Shown: positions 10,354-19,939, counted from the first letter of the stretch. The stretch: DNA of 48,509 nt from Promethearchaeota archaeon (GCA_048940445.1 JBHLON010000028.1:1-48509), one strand, 5' to 3'. Made by a program: numbers and translations. The notes: a model not told the origin generated them from the letters alone.

Positions 10354-11775
10354 TCATATATTAGATTGCAATCTGGGCTTAAGAAGATTAAATATTTTAG
10401 GATAAAAAAATAAAAATAATACAATTCCAACTAATAAGATAATTCCAATTAGTAAAGATTGAATATATACTTTCATTATTAAGAAAATACTTGAAGAGAT
10501 CAAGTGGATCAACGTAATTAAGACTCCTAATTTCATAAAAGTAGAAAATTTCAACTCATATCCATAAGATCTAACCATTAAAATTAATACTAAATTGTCT
10601 CCCATAGTCGACAAATTTTCTCCCAAAGTTGATCCTATTGTCACTGCTGAAAATAAGATTCGTTGATTTCCAAGAGTGGAAAGATCATTAACAATTGGAA
10701 TAAAAATTTTTGTAATTGGTGCATTATTGATGACAGAACTAAGCATTCCTGACATCCATAGAAGAGTTAAAGTTATGCTAAGGGGATTATCTGCTGTTAT
10801 ATAGTTTATCCCATATGCTATATAATTTAATAATCCTGTATAATTTATTGCTTCAGAAATAAATAAAATACAAAATAAATAAAAGATTAATTCAAGATCT
10901 AAAGCCTTCCACACTGATTCAAATTTCTTTTTTAGAACCAGTAAGATTGTGATTATCCCTCCTGTTAAGGCGATGATATCGATGGATATCGAACTAATTA
11001 TGGGTAAAATTATCACAGAACTAATAGTCATAATAAGCATAATTATTGATTCATAAAATTTTTTTTTTGATTCTACGAACATCCACGGATCATATTCTAA
11101 TAAACGCTTTATGAAATTAATTTCAGGATTTTCTAGTTTAGCCTGATTATACCTAATTAAAAAGATAACACTTATGAAAAACAGGAAGATAGAAAAAAAT
11201 CCAACATCCTGAAAATAATCAACAAAGGTCCAATTAATTGAATGACTTATTAAGATATTAGGAATTGAACTAATAACAAACAAAAGACCACCTGTATTTA
11301 CAACCATTCCCTCCGAAAGAATAAATGGAATTGGATTAATTCTTAATATTCTGCAAATTGTAATTGTGAGAGGAATTATTATGAAAATGCATAAGATATT
11401 CATCGATATAGAAGAAAATACAAAGGTAAAACTACATAAAATAATAAGGATATATCGACTATTTCCTTTCGAAAATTGTACTAATTTAAATGCGATAAAA
11501 TTGAATACTCCACTTATTTTACAAACAGTAATTATTAACATCATACCAAAAATAAATAAAATTGTATGAAGATTAGAATTATCCACACCAAAAATGAATC
11601 CTATTACAATTGCCATATCAATATTATCTATGTAAAGTAAAAAAAAAGCTACTATTATTGCGCCTATGAAACCTGCTAGTAAACGATTCACTTTACCAAC
11701 AGTAATTAAAATAATGATTAAAACAAGCATCAATGGAGCAATTATTGTCGATAACATGATAAGGCATTTCTTCAT
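10354..11775 (-). CDS. ArsB/NhaD/CitMHS (SLC13/P-protein-like) ion transporter
   Basis: About 12 TM segments; NTGGLLFVISSIPNILI, SSVINNAP and GSTLGENLSTMG hairpin motifs. Confidence 0.8.
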   Translation of the reverse strand: MKKCLIMLSTIIAPLMLVLIIILITVGKVNRLLAGFIGAIIVAFFLLYIDNIDMAIVIGFIFGVDNSNLHTILFIFGMMLIITVCKISGVFNFIAFKLVQFSKGNSRYILIILCSFTFVFSSISMNILCIFIIIPLTITICRILRINPIPFILSEGMVVNTGGLLFVISSIPNILISHSINWTFVDYFQDVGFFSIFLFFISVIFLIRYNQAKLENPEINFIKRLLEYDPWMFVESKKKFYESIIMLIMTISSVIILPIISSISIDIIALTGGIITILLVLKKKFESVWKALDLELIFYLFCILFISEAINYTGLLNYIAYGINYITADNPLSITLTLLWMSGMLSSVINNAPITKIFIPIVNDLSTLGNQRILFSAVTIGSTLGENLSTMGDNLVLILMVRSYGYELKFSTFMKLGVLITLIHLISSSIFLIMKVYIQSLLIGIILLVGIVLFLFFYPKIFNLLKPRLQSNI

Positions 11776-11826
11776 ATTTTTCTTTTAAAGAAATAACAAG
11801 GGTAATACTTTATTATTTGATAATAA

Positions 11827-12840
11827 TTAATCAATTTCGACTTGAATTTTAAGATCATCATGTAAACCAATAGATAAGTTGTGAAAGGCTTCAGGTACTT
11901 GGTCTAATTTTATTTTTTTTGTTATGATGGAGTCAATTTTAATTTCATTCTGTTCTAATAACCTTAAAGCCATCTTAAAGGAATCTTGATCTGCCAGATA
12001 CATACCTTTTATTGTAAGGTTCTTAGACATTAGCTGAAGTATTCCTCTCATCTCAAAAGGCTCTGAATGTATTCCAACAACCATTATTAGTCCACCCCTT
12101 TTAACTAATTGAAGAGAGGAAATAATTGTTTCAGGATTTGCTACACAATCAAAAATAAAGTCTGGTCCAATTCTATCTGTATGTTTAAGAATTCGGCTCC
12201 ACTTATTAGGAGGAAAAACTTCATCAGCACCGAGTTCTAGAGCTAGCTTATGTTTAGTTTCAACAGGTTCTATAACATAGATATTACGCGCTCCTGTCTT
12301 TTTAAGTACCTGAATAACTAATAGCCCAATTGGTCCCGCTCCGAAAACAGCTGCATTATTGCCAATCTTAAAGCCCGAGCTTTTAACTGCTTGAACAGCG
12401 TTAGAAATGGGTTCTACCATAGCAGCATCTTTAAAGGAAATTGAATCAGGTAACTTAAGAATTCTATCTGACCTTATTTTTACAAATTCTGCTAACGCAC
12501 CGTTATGGGTTATACCAATAGTATTATGAATACATAAAATTTCTGATCCTGCTCTGCAATAATTGCATTCCAAACAGGGAACATTAGGATTTGCTGTAAC
12601 ACGATCTCCTACTTTTAATTTTTTTACTTTATCGCCAAGCTCAACAATTTCTCCTGAAAATTCATGACCTAAGATTATTTGCTGAGACTCTAAAGCTCCA
12701 GTTAAGAAAGACCCTATATCTGATCCGCATATTCCGCAAACTTTCACTTTGATTAAAACTTCATCCTCTTGAATTTGAGGTCTTGGTAAATCGTCTCTAA
12801 GTTCTACCTTCTTAATTTGAGTAAAATAAATCCCTTTCAA
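11827..12840 (-). CDS. Zinc-dependent alcohol dehydrogenase (MDR; threonine/sorbitol dehydrogenase-like)
   Basis: CGICGSD, GHEFSG, structural Zn site CLECNYC..C and GAGPIG; TTG start 7 nt after GAGGTG. Confidence 0.93.
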   Translation of the reverse strand: MKGIYFTQIKKVELRDDLPRPQIQEDEVLIKVKVCGICGSDIGSFLTGALESQQIILGHEFSGEIVELGDKVKKLKVGDRVTANPNVPCLECNYCRAGSEILCIHNTIGITHNGALAEFVKIRSDRILKLPDSISFKDAAMVEPISNAVQAVKSSGFKIGNNAAVFGAGPIGLLVIQVLKKTGARNIYVIEPVETKHKLALELGADEVFPPNKWSRILKHTDRIGPDFIFDCVANPETIISSLQLVKRGGLIMVVGIHSEPFEMRGILQLMSKNLTIKGMYLADQDSFKMALRLLEQNEIKIDSIITKKIKLDQVPEAFHNLSIGLHDDLKIQVEID

Positions 12841-12870
12841 AAGTATACACCTCTTAAATTTTGTAAGGAT

Positions 12871-14580
12871 TTAAAGGACCCCCATGCTACCTAGAAGCTT
12901 AGTGCCATCTGGGGTTGTCCATGCTATCTTTACATCTAATACGGCTGGTTTTTCCGAGTTTTTTGCTCGCTCTAAAGCAGGTTTAATTTCATTGGGATCA
13001 ACTACTATTTCTCCATAACATCCAAAAGCCTCTGCCAATTTAGCATAATCAAATTTAGGTAAGTCAACATCAAGATAATGTTTAGAACAGAATAATTTTT
13101 GTCCAGATTTTAACATGCCCCATGCGTTATTATTTGCAATAACATAAATTAAATTCTTTAATCCTAATCTAACTGCAGTTTCAAGGTCTTGGATATTTAT
13201 CATAAAACTACCATCACCAGCTATAGCAACAACTTGTTTTTCCGGTTTTGCTAGTTTTGCACCAATTCCATAAGGCACAGCTGTACCTAATTGTCCCATA
13301 CTTACAGCCTGAAGTGTAGAGAGAGGTTTCCGCGGTTTATAATAATCAATTTGTTCCATAACATAACAAATTATGTCACCTCCATCTAATACCAAGATCG
13401 CATCATCTTCTATATTTTCTAACACTTCCTTTATTAGTTGTTGTGGGATTATCGGAACTTTATCCTTTGATGTTTTCTTAATCATAGATTCTCTTAAACC
13501 ATTTCTTACAGTTATATATTCTTCTAGCCATTCACTCTTTTGAACTCTCTTAACTTTTTTTGTTTCTTCAAGTATTTGTTTCAGAAATAATTTGCAATCA
13601 GAAACAATACCCAATGTTAAAGGTTTTGCCCTTCCAATCATTGTAGGATCAATATCAACTTGAATTAGCGTCTGTGAGTCTTTCCAAAAGGGTTCTACAC
13701 CATGGCCTATTGTATATTCAAATTTTGTACCCAAAGCTAAAATTACATCCGCCTCTGAAACTATTTTTAAAGCAGGACCTGCAAGTGTTGCTCCTATTAA
13801 ACAATTTGATTCATTAGTTATCGCCCCTATTCCCATAACACTTGTTATAACAGGGATTTGTAAATATTCTACAAACTCTTTTAATTCACTCCATGCTTCC
13901 GCTCTATTAACGCCTCCTCCACAAAGGATCAAGGGCTTTTTTGCTTTTAATAAAATATTTAAAGTTTGCTTTACAAGTTCTGGGTCTGCTGCAGGTTTAC
14001 TCATAGGTCTATATTTTTCAGATGGTAAAAATTTTAATTTATCTTCCTCAATTTCGGATGTAAAAACATCTTCTTGAATCTCTAATAATACTGGTCTTGG
14101 CCTACCAGAAACCGCCTCTCTAAAGATCTTTCTGACAGCATCAGGTAAATCTTCAATTCTTATAACACTCTTTTGATATTTACTAATAGGTCGAAACATA
14201 GTAATTTGATCAAGATTACCTTGTAATGTAAAACTATCAGCCCATTGTTTATTAACTTGAGGTACAATTGCTACAATAGGAATATTATCACTCCATGCTG
14301 CTCCAACGCCAGGGACAAGGTTAGTTGCTCCAGGTCCCACAGTACCAAAACACACTCCAGGTTTATTTGTTACCCTTGCCCATGCATCCGCAGCATGAGC
14401 TGCTGCCGATTCATGTCTAAACATAACAGTTTCAATGCCTTTTTCTCGACCCCATCTAAAAATGGCATCAAACATAGATAAAAATTGCCCACCAATTATT
14501 CCAAACATATATCTAACATTTTCTTCCAGAAGAGCTTTTATTAAGACATCTCCACCCGTGAGTTTCTGTTTTTCTTCCAT
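12871..14580 (-). CDS. ThDP-dependent enzyme (acetolactate synthase-like / 2-hydroxyacyl-CoA lyase-like)
   Basis: RHE, GPGATN, DGGD and GDGSF...NNNAWG motifs. ATG at 14580 is preferred over GTG at 14589. Confidence 0.88.
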   Translation of the reverse strand: MEEKQKLTGGDVLIKALLEENVRYMFGIIGGQFLSMFDAIFRWGREKGIETVMFRHESAAAHAADAWARVTNKPGVCFGTVGPGATNLVPGVGAAWSDNIPIVAIVPQVNKQWADSFTLQGNLDQITMFRPISKYQKSVIRIEDLPDAVRKIFREAVSGRPRPVLLEIQEDVFTSEIEEDKLKFLPSEKYRPMSKPAADPELVKQTLNILLKAKKPLILCGGGVNRAEAWSELKEFVEYLQIPVITSVMGIGAITNESNCLIGATLAGPALKIVSEADVILALGTKFEYTIGHGVEPFWKDSQTLIQVDIDPTMIGRAKPLTLGIVSDCKLFLKQILEETKKVKRVQKSEWLEEYITVRNGLRESMIKKTSKDKVPIIPQQLIKEVLENIEDDAILVLDGGDIICYVMEQIDYYKPRKPLSTLQAVSMGQLGTAVPYGIGAKLAKPEKQVVAIAGDGSFMINIQDLETAVRLGLKNLIYVIANNNAWGMLKSGQKLFCSKHYLDVDLPKFDYAKLAEAFGCYGEIVVDPNEIKPALERAKNSEKPAVLDVKIAWTTPDGTKLLGSMGVL

Positions 14581-14685
14581 AAATAACACTATTCGAAATA
14601 CTTTTTTGATTTATTTTAGGTTTATTTCTTTTATTATAAATATTTAACTAAGGGTTCTTGCGAGTTTTTCTCTACAAAAATGTAG

Positions 14686-15669
14686 CTAATACTCAAATTT
14701 CTTTAATGATTGTAAAAAAAATTTTGATCCTTCAGGAATTTCATGGATGTTATTATTGGTTAATTTTAAGGTTTTTAGACTTTTTAGATTTGAAATTGAC
14801 TCTGGGATTTCGTTAATGAAATTATGACTTAAATCCAAATGTCTTATAGTGAGCATTTCTGTTAAAAAAACAGGAAATTCTCGAAGTTCATTATTTTTTA
14901 GACTCAACCTTTTTAAAAATTCAAAATTCCTAATTGAACCTAATAGCTCTATGCTAAAAAAGGCATTAGTGTCAAATTTTCTATAGAAATGAAGTAAAGA
15001 GAATAAGTTTTTAACTTTTAAATAAGAATCTAGAATATCTTGGTTTTTTTTTAAGAAATACCAATTAAAAAAATTAAAATTTAAAAGCTCAACATGCTCA
15101 TTTTTGATTATAAGCCAAGGATCATCATTAATAGAACTTAATTTCTTATAAAAATCAAATGTCCGAGATGTAATCTCGTTATCATTAATGAATTGAGAAA
15201 AAAAAGCTTCTACATTTAAAAAGAACCTTGCTTCATTAAGTACAATACCTAAAAATTTAGAAAAATCTCTTATCCAATTAGATAAACCTTCAGAAATTAA
15301 GTTTGGTTGTTTAAGTTTTTCTTTCTGAGTAACATCAATTATACTTTTTATTACAATGGGTGATCGATCATGCTGAATTACCCAAGATAATGTTTTTATA
15401 CGGTTTTTAAGATCTGTTTGGCCTATGATTTTGACTGCTGCTGCTCGAACTAGGGCATTTTCATCAGAAAGAATACTATTCTCTACATAATCTAATACTT
15501 TCTCATCATAATTTTTCACTTTTTCAAATGCCAAAATACTTTTACAGCGCATTTCAGGGTTATCACTTTTTTCTAATATTGAGATCAATAAATCTAATGC
15601 TGATTTCATATTTAATTTCCCATTTATATAATCCGACACAATACTATCCGGAGTAAGAGAATTTTTCAT
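14686..15669 (-). CDS. HEAT-repeat plus leucine-rich-repeat protein
   Basis: N-terminal HEAT-like DENALVRAAAVKII; C-terminal LRRs LKRLSLKNNEL, IRHLDLSHNFI and LKTLKLTNNNI. Confidence 0.85.
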   Translation of the reverse strand: MKNSLTPDSIVSDYINGKLNMKSALDLLISILEKSDNPEMRCKSILAFEKVKNYDEKVLDYVENSILSDENALVRAAAVKIIGQTDLKNRIKTLSWVIQHDRSPIVIKSIIDVTQKEKLKQPNLISEGLSNWIRDFSKFLGIVLNEARFFLNVEAFFSQFINDNEITSRTFDFYKKLSSINDDPWLIIKNEHVELLNFNFFNWYFLKKNQDILDSYLKVKNLFSLLHFYRKFDTNAFFSIELLGSIRNFEFLKRLSLKNNELREFPVFLTEMLTIRHLDLSHNFINEIPESISNLKSLKTLKLTNNNIHEIPEGSKFFLQSLKKFEY

Positions 15670-15815
15670 AATTTTATGATCTTTAATTCCTTTACCATTT
15701 ATTTAAAAAGTTAGGATTTCAAAATACATGCTTAATTTTCTGTTAACCTCTCCCTCTATAACATAATAATTTTTTGTGTTATGAGAAATCTTTTCATGAA
15801 GGAAAACAAATATTA

Positions 15816-15837
15816 GACGAATTAACACAAATTCGTC
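15816..15837. promoter_or_regulatory. Perfect inverted repeat GACGAATT-N6-AATTCGTC in a divergent promoter region
   Basis: Seen directly between the LRR gene and the divergent membrane-protein gene. Confidence 0.4.
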
Positions 15838-16023
15838 ATGAATATTTAAAAAGTTTTTCCTATAAGAATCATTTAAATTTCACAATTTAAACAGATATAT
15901 TTTATGTTTTTAACTGATTTAATTTTTTTAATCATATTTTATATAAATAAAATTTTTATAATAGTGAGAGTATATTACCCTCACCATTTAATTCTAAATT
16001 AGATGTTTAAAAGGGTTTTATCA

Positions 16024-16452
16024 ATGAGTGAAACCAAAAAAAGGAAACAATCAAGTGCTTTATTGAACATAATTGTGATCATTCTAGGAGCCTACTTCTT
16101 ATTCTTAGCTATAATTCAAACATTAGATTATGTAGGGATTCATATTGCATTACCTGTTGCAGTAGAAGAATTTGCTGGATTGCTTGGAAGCGGATCAATG
16201 TTAGTTTCTTATGTACTAGGGTTCTGGGCATTTATTGCAGGATTCGGTTTGTTCAGAGAAGAAGAATGGGCTATGGGGATTGGTTTGGCGATTTTAAGTT
16301 TGATGGCAGTTGTATCATTGTCTTACTTATTACCATGGTTCGGAGTAGCAACTTGGTATACCGTATGGACCACTTGGATTTATATTGTTGCTTTAGCGAT
16401 TAGTGTTATTGGGTTTTTCTATTTATTGATCACAAGTAGAAGATATGATTAA
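16024..16452 (+). CDS. Hypothetical four-TM membrane protein
   Basis: Four hydrophobic helices after a basic N-terminus (MSETKKRK). The start could be 16003 or 16024. Confidence 0.75.
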   Translation: MSETKKRKQSSALLNIIVIILGAYFLFLAIIQTLDYVGIHIALPVAVEEFAGLLGSGSMLVSYVLGFWAFIAGFGLFREEEWAMGIGLAILSLMAVVSLSYLLPWFGVATWYTVWTTWIYIVALAISVIGFFYLLITSRRYD

Positions 16453-16640
16453 AAAACCAAAATCAAATTAATAAAAATAAATTAATTTTCTTTTATTTTT
16501 TAATTTTTATTCTTAAAATGAACTTTATATCATACTAAATTAGCTTTTTAAAAACTTTCTTAAGTAGACCTTAATGAAATAGGAGTGTTATTTATTAAGT
16601 GAAAAAGATTATTCTAATAAGAAATTGAAAGGGATACAAA

Positions 16641-18167
16641 ATGAAGACGTTCGAAGAATATGTTCAAAGATTATATAAAATGAAGCCAAACATCTATATT
16701 GGCGAAGAGAAAGTAGGTCGTGATGATCCCCGTTTAAAAGGGGGGATGAGAATAATAAAGGAAACATTTGATAAAGCTCATGATCCCGAATGGCAAGATG
16801 TTTGTACTGCCACAAGTCATTTAACCGGAAAGAAAATAAATAGATTTTGTCATATTCATCAAAGTGAAGATGATTTGCTGAAGAAACAATTAATGACTAG
16901 AGTACTCTGTCATCGCTGTGGTGGATGTATTCAACGTTGTATGGGTATAGATGCATTAAATGCACTCTCGGTCGTTACATATGAAATTGATCAAGCACTT
17001 GGAACAGATTATTTTATAAAATTTAATAAATATATGGAATATTTTCAAGAAAATGATTTAGTAGCGAGTTGTGCTCAAACAGATGCGAAGGGAGATAGAT
17101 TAAAAAGACCACACGAACAAGAAGATCCGGACCAATATCTACGGGTTGTTGAGACAAGAGAACATGGAATTGTGGTTCGTGGTTGCAAAGTTAACATTAC
17201 GAATACACCATATGCGGATGAAATGATTGTTGTTCCGTGTAGATATATGGGTCCAGAAGATAAAGACTATGCCGTAGCATTTGCACTTCCTACAGATTGG
17301 GATGGAGTAAAATTATTAACACGACCAGCTTATCATAGAAAAAGTAAACATGTTGATGCCCCAGGTGCAGAGATTGGTGATGCTGAAACATTTATCATTT
17401 TTGACGATGTATTTGTTCCAAACGATAGAGTCTTTTTAAATGGTCATGGAGATCCAAGGCAGACTCCATACGCTGGTTTCTTGGCGTTAATGTTTGCGCA
17501 TTATCACCGTCATAGTTACACAGGATGCAAACCAGCAGTATCAGAAGTAATTGCTAGTGCTGCAGCATTAGTAGCAGAATATAACGGTATTGAAAATACA
17601 TCTCATGCAAAAGATAAATTATCACATATTTTAGGTACTGCAGAACTTGTGTTTGCTGCTGGAGAATCGAGTGCAAAACATTCTGAAAAAGCACCATCAG
17701 GAACTCAAGTACCAGATGAAATACTAACGAATGCAGGGAGAAGATTAGCAGGAGAAATGATTTATGAAGAATATAAAATACTCGCAGATCTTTCTGGAGG
17801 AATAATTGCTACTTTACCATTTGAAGAAACATTTTTTAGTGAAGAAGTAGGAGAACTAGCCATGAAATACCTAAAAAGAAATCCACGAGTAAAACCTGAA
17901 AACATGCTTAGATGCTTTAAAGGAATTGAAGGATTGGCAGTTTCTGATTTAGCAGGCGTGATGCAAGTAGCGGGATTACATGGTGGGGGAAGTCCTCAAA
18001 TGGAGACTATCACGATGATGATGCGTTATGACACTGAAAAATTGAAAGACATTGCTAAATATCTCTTTGGAATTAAAAAGAAGTTAAAAAGGTATGAACG
18101 TCCTACAGTTACTCCTAGAAAACAATTAGAAAAGTTTAGGCAAGCACTACAGAGAAAACAAGATTAA
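16641..18167 (+). CDS. 4-hydroxybutyryl-CoA dehydratase / HpaB-family paralogue (divergent)
   Basis: CIQRC, QTDAKGDR, HRHSYTGC and LHGGGSP motifs; homologous to the gene at 1-1269. Confidence 0.88.
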   Translation: MKTFEEYVQRLYKMKPNIYIGEEKVGRDDPRLKGGMRIIKETFDKAHDPEWQDVCTATSHLTGKKINRFCHIHQSEDDLLKKQLMTRVLCHRCGGCIQRCMGIDALNALSVVTYEIDQALGTDYFIKFNKYMEYFQENDLVASCAQTDAKGDRLKRPHEQEDPDQYLRVVETREHGIVVRGCKVNITNTPYADEMIVVPCRYMGPEDKDYAVAFALPTDWDGVKLLTRPAYHRKSKHVDAPGAEIGDAETFIIFDDVFVPNDRVFLNGHGDPRQTPYAGFLALMFAHYHRHSYTGCKPAVSEVIASAAALVAEYNGIENTSHAKDKLSHILGTAELVFAAGESSAKHSEKAPSGTQVPDEILTNAGRRLAGEMIYEEYKILADLSGGIIATLPFEETFFSEEVGELAMKYLKRNPRVKPENMLRCFKGIEGLAVSDLAGVMQVAGLHGGGSPQMETITMMMRYDTEKLKDIAKYLFGIKKKLKRYERPTVTPRKQLEKFRQALQRKQD

Positions 18168-18207
18168 TTTAAATTATTATTTATTATCTATTTTAAGAAA
18201 ATAATAT

Positions 18208-19170
18208 CTATAATAGACATATGACAAAACATTGTTTTTCTGTGATGGTTTCAATACCCAAATCCTTATTTTCTTTTAAAAAACCGTTAATCGGAATCCC
18301 TTTTTCAAATAACTCATTGAATTTTTCATGAAAGATTTGGTATATACTACTATTCCTTGAAATGTATGATCCTATTAATTTATTGGTTGGATCAAAACTA
18401 GGTTGAACTAATTCATTATCCGTTAGACCAAAGTTACTAAAATCATCATAGGTCACGTGGACTTTAATATTTTCAAAAATTAATTCATATTGATCTAGAT
18501 GTCTTTCTAAAAGTTTAAAATCTTCACTCTTTAATAACTCTTTAACTAGTTCTGCATTAAATATAACCTTAATGTTCAAATTTTTTACATTTTCTTTAAC
18601 TTTTAACATCCCATTTTTCATTGAAGTTTTTAAGTTTTCAGGGATATTCTCTGAGCCTTTCTGTTTAATCATAGTGATTAAATCGTTATCATATCTTATA
18701 CCTATTGCAATTCTACATTCTTTTTTAGCTGTGAATGTGTAATAGGTCTCATAAAAATTATTTAAATCATACTTAATAAATTCTACAAATTCTTGATTTA
18801 CTTGCTCAGCCAAATTATAAGATTTTAAAAAATCTTCTAATGCCATTTCTGCTTTTTCTTTTTTTTCCTGAAATTCTTGAGAAAGTTCCTCTATTCGATT
18901 GTTTATGATTTTTTGCCATATTGGAATTACAGGCGTTGCCAAATGGATTTTCATTGGTCGGTCATATATTTGAACAAGCTCTAAATCATTTAGAACGGAG
19001 CAAATTTTATATCCTCTTTTCAATGTTAACCCAAATTTAGATGAGACCTCCTTAAGATTATCTATTCTTACATTTTTCAATAGATAATGATAAATTTTAT
19101 CGATCCCTTTTTCAATTACCCCGATCGCATCAAATAAAGAACTTAGAGGTAAAAATTCGCTTTCTTCCAT
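18208..19170 (-). CDS. TrmB-like winged-helix transcriptional regulator
   Basis: N-terminal wHTH (KIYHYLL...LKEVSSKFGLTLKRGYKICSVLNDLELV...RPMK), coiled coil and a C-terminal effector-like domain. Confidence 0.6.
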   Translation of the reverse strand: MEESEFLPLSSLFDAIGVIEKGIDKIYHYLLKNVRIDNLKEVSSKFGLTLKRGYKICSVLNDLELVQIYDRPMKIHLATPVIPIWQKIINNRIEELSQEFQEKKEKAEMALEDFLKSYNLAEQVNQEFVEFIKYDLNNFYETYYTFTAKKECRIAIGIRYDNDLITMIKQKGSENIPENLKTSMKNGMLKVKENVKNLNIKVIFNAELVKELLKSEDFKLLERHLDQYELIFENIKVHVTYDDFSNFGLTDNELVQPSFDPTNKLIGSYISRNSSIYQIFHEKFNELFEKGIPINGFLKENKDLGIETITEKQCFVICLL

Positions 19171-19174
19171 GTAA

Positions 19175-19702
19175 TCACCTGTTTTTCATTTTTTCGAGAG
19201 TCAACTCTGTAAGCACCTCAAAAGTTTTGGTAACATTTTGGCCAGTTTTACTTGAAATTTCCCCAAATGCAGAGAAATTATTTCTCTCAGAAATTTGTAT
19301 CCCATAGTCTCGAGACACTTGTCGTTGAGAATTTAAATCTATTTTTGATCCAACAAGCACTATTGGTATCGATCCTGCTTTTTGCCTGACAATGCTTACC
19401 CATTCGGGGATATTATCTAAAGTAGGTGGACGTGTGATATCATAGAGAAGAAAGGCAGCATTTGCTCCCAAACAATAAGTAGGCAATAAAAATCTAAACC
19501 GCTCTTCTCCTCCTACGTCCCAAATTTGAAGTTTAACTTTTTTGCCCTGGAGCTCTATAGTTTTTACATGAAAATCGACCCCGATAGTTAATCGTTCCGA
19601 GGGATTAAAAATATTATAACAATATCTTTTTGTAAATGAGGTTTTCCCAACAGAAGCATCTCCTAATAAAAGAATCTTAAAAGTGTAATCATATGTAGGA
19701 AT
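19175..19702 (-). CDS. Rab-like small GTPase (175 aa; non-canonical ATT or ATA start)
   Basis: The frame extends 72 codons upstream of the ORF-track start: PTYDYTFKILLLGDASVGKTS...TIGVDFHVK...KLQIWDVGGEERFRFLLPTY...GSKID...EISSK. An in-frame TAA lies at 19706-19708 and an AGGTG SD at 19710-19714. Confidence 0.92.
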   Translation of the reverse strand: MPTYDYTFKILLLGDASVGKTSFTKRYCYNIFNPSERLTIGVDFHVKTIELQGKKVKLQIWDVGGEERFRFLLPTYCLGANAAFLLYDITRPPTLDNIPEWVSIVRQKAGSIPIVLVGSKIDLNSQRQVSRDYGIQISERNNFSAFGEISSKTGQNVTKTFEVLTELTLEKMKNR

Positions 19703-19939
19703 TATTTAACACCTTTTAAAATTTGATTTATATCCTCAACCATAATTAAAAAATTTTTGAATTCAATTTTAAATTTTTTAAAATCTTTTATTAATATTTT
19801 CCAGAAATTTGAGTTATTATTATAATTAAAATTGTCTTTTTTAATTCTTTACTTTTTGATATTTTCTATTCTTATCGACTAATCAAACTTTAACGCTGTC
19901 AAATAAATAGTAAAATCAATCAATATAAATATAATGAGA

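Noticed and set aside
18208-18230. C-terminal CFVICLL of the TrmB-like protein as a CaaX prenylation signal
   Set aside because: The last Cys is at position -3, not -4, so it is not a canonical CaaX, and nothing else supports it.
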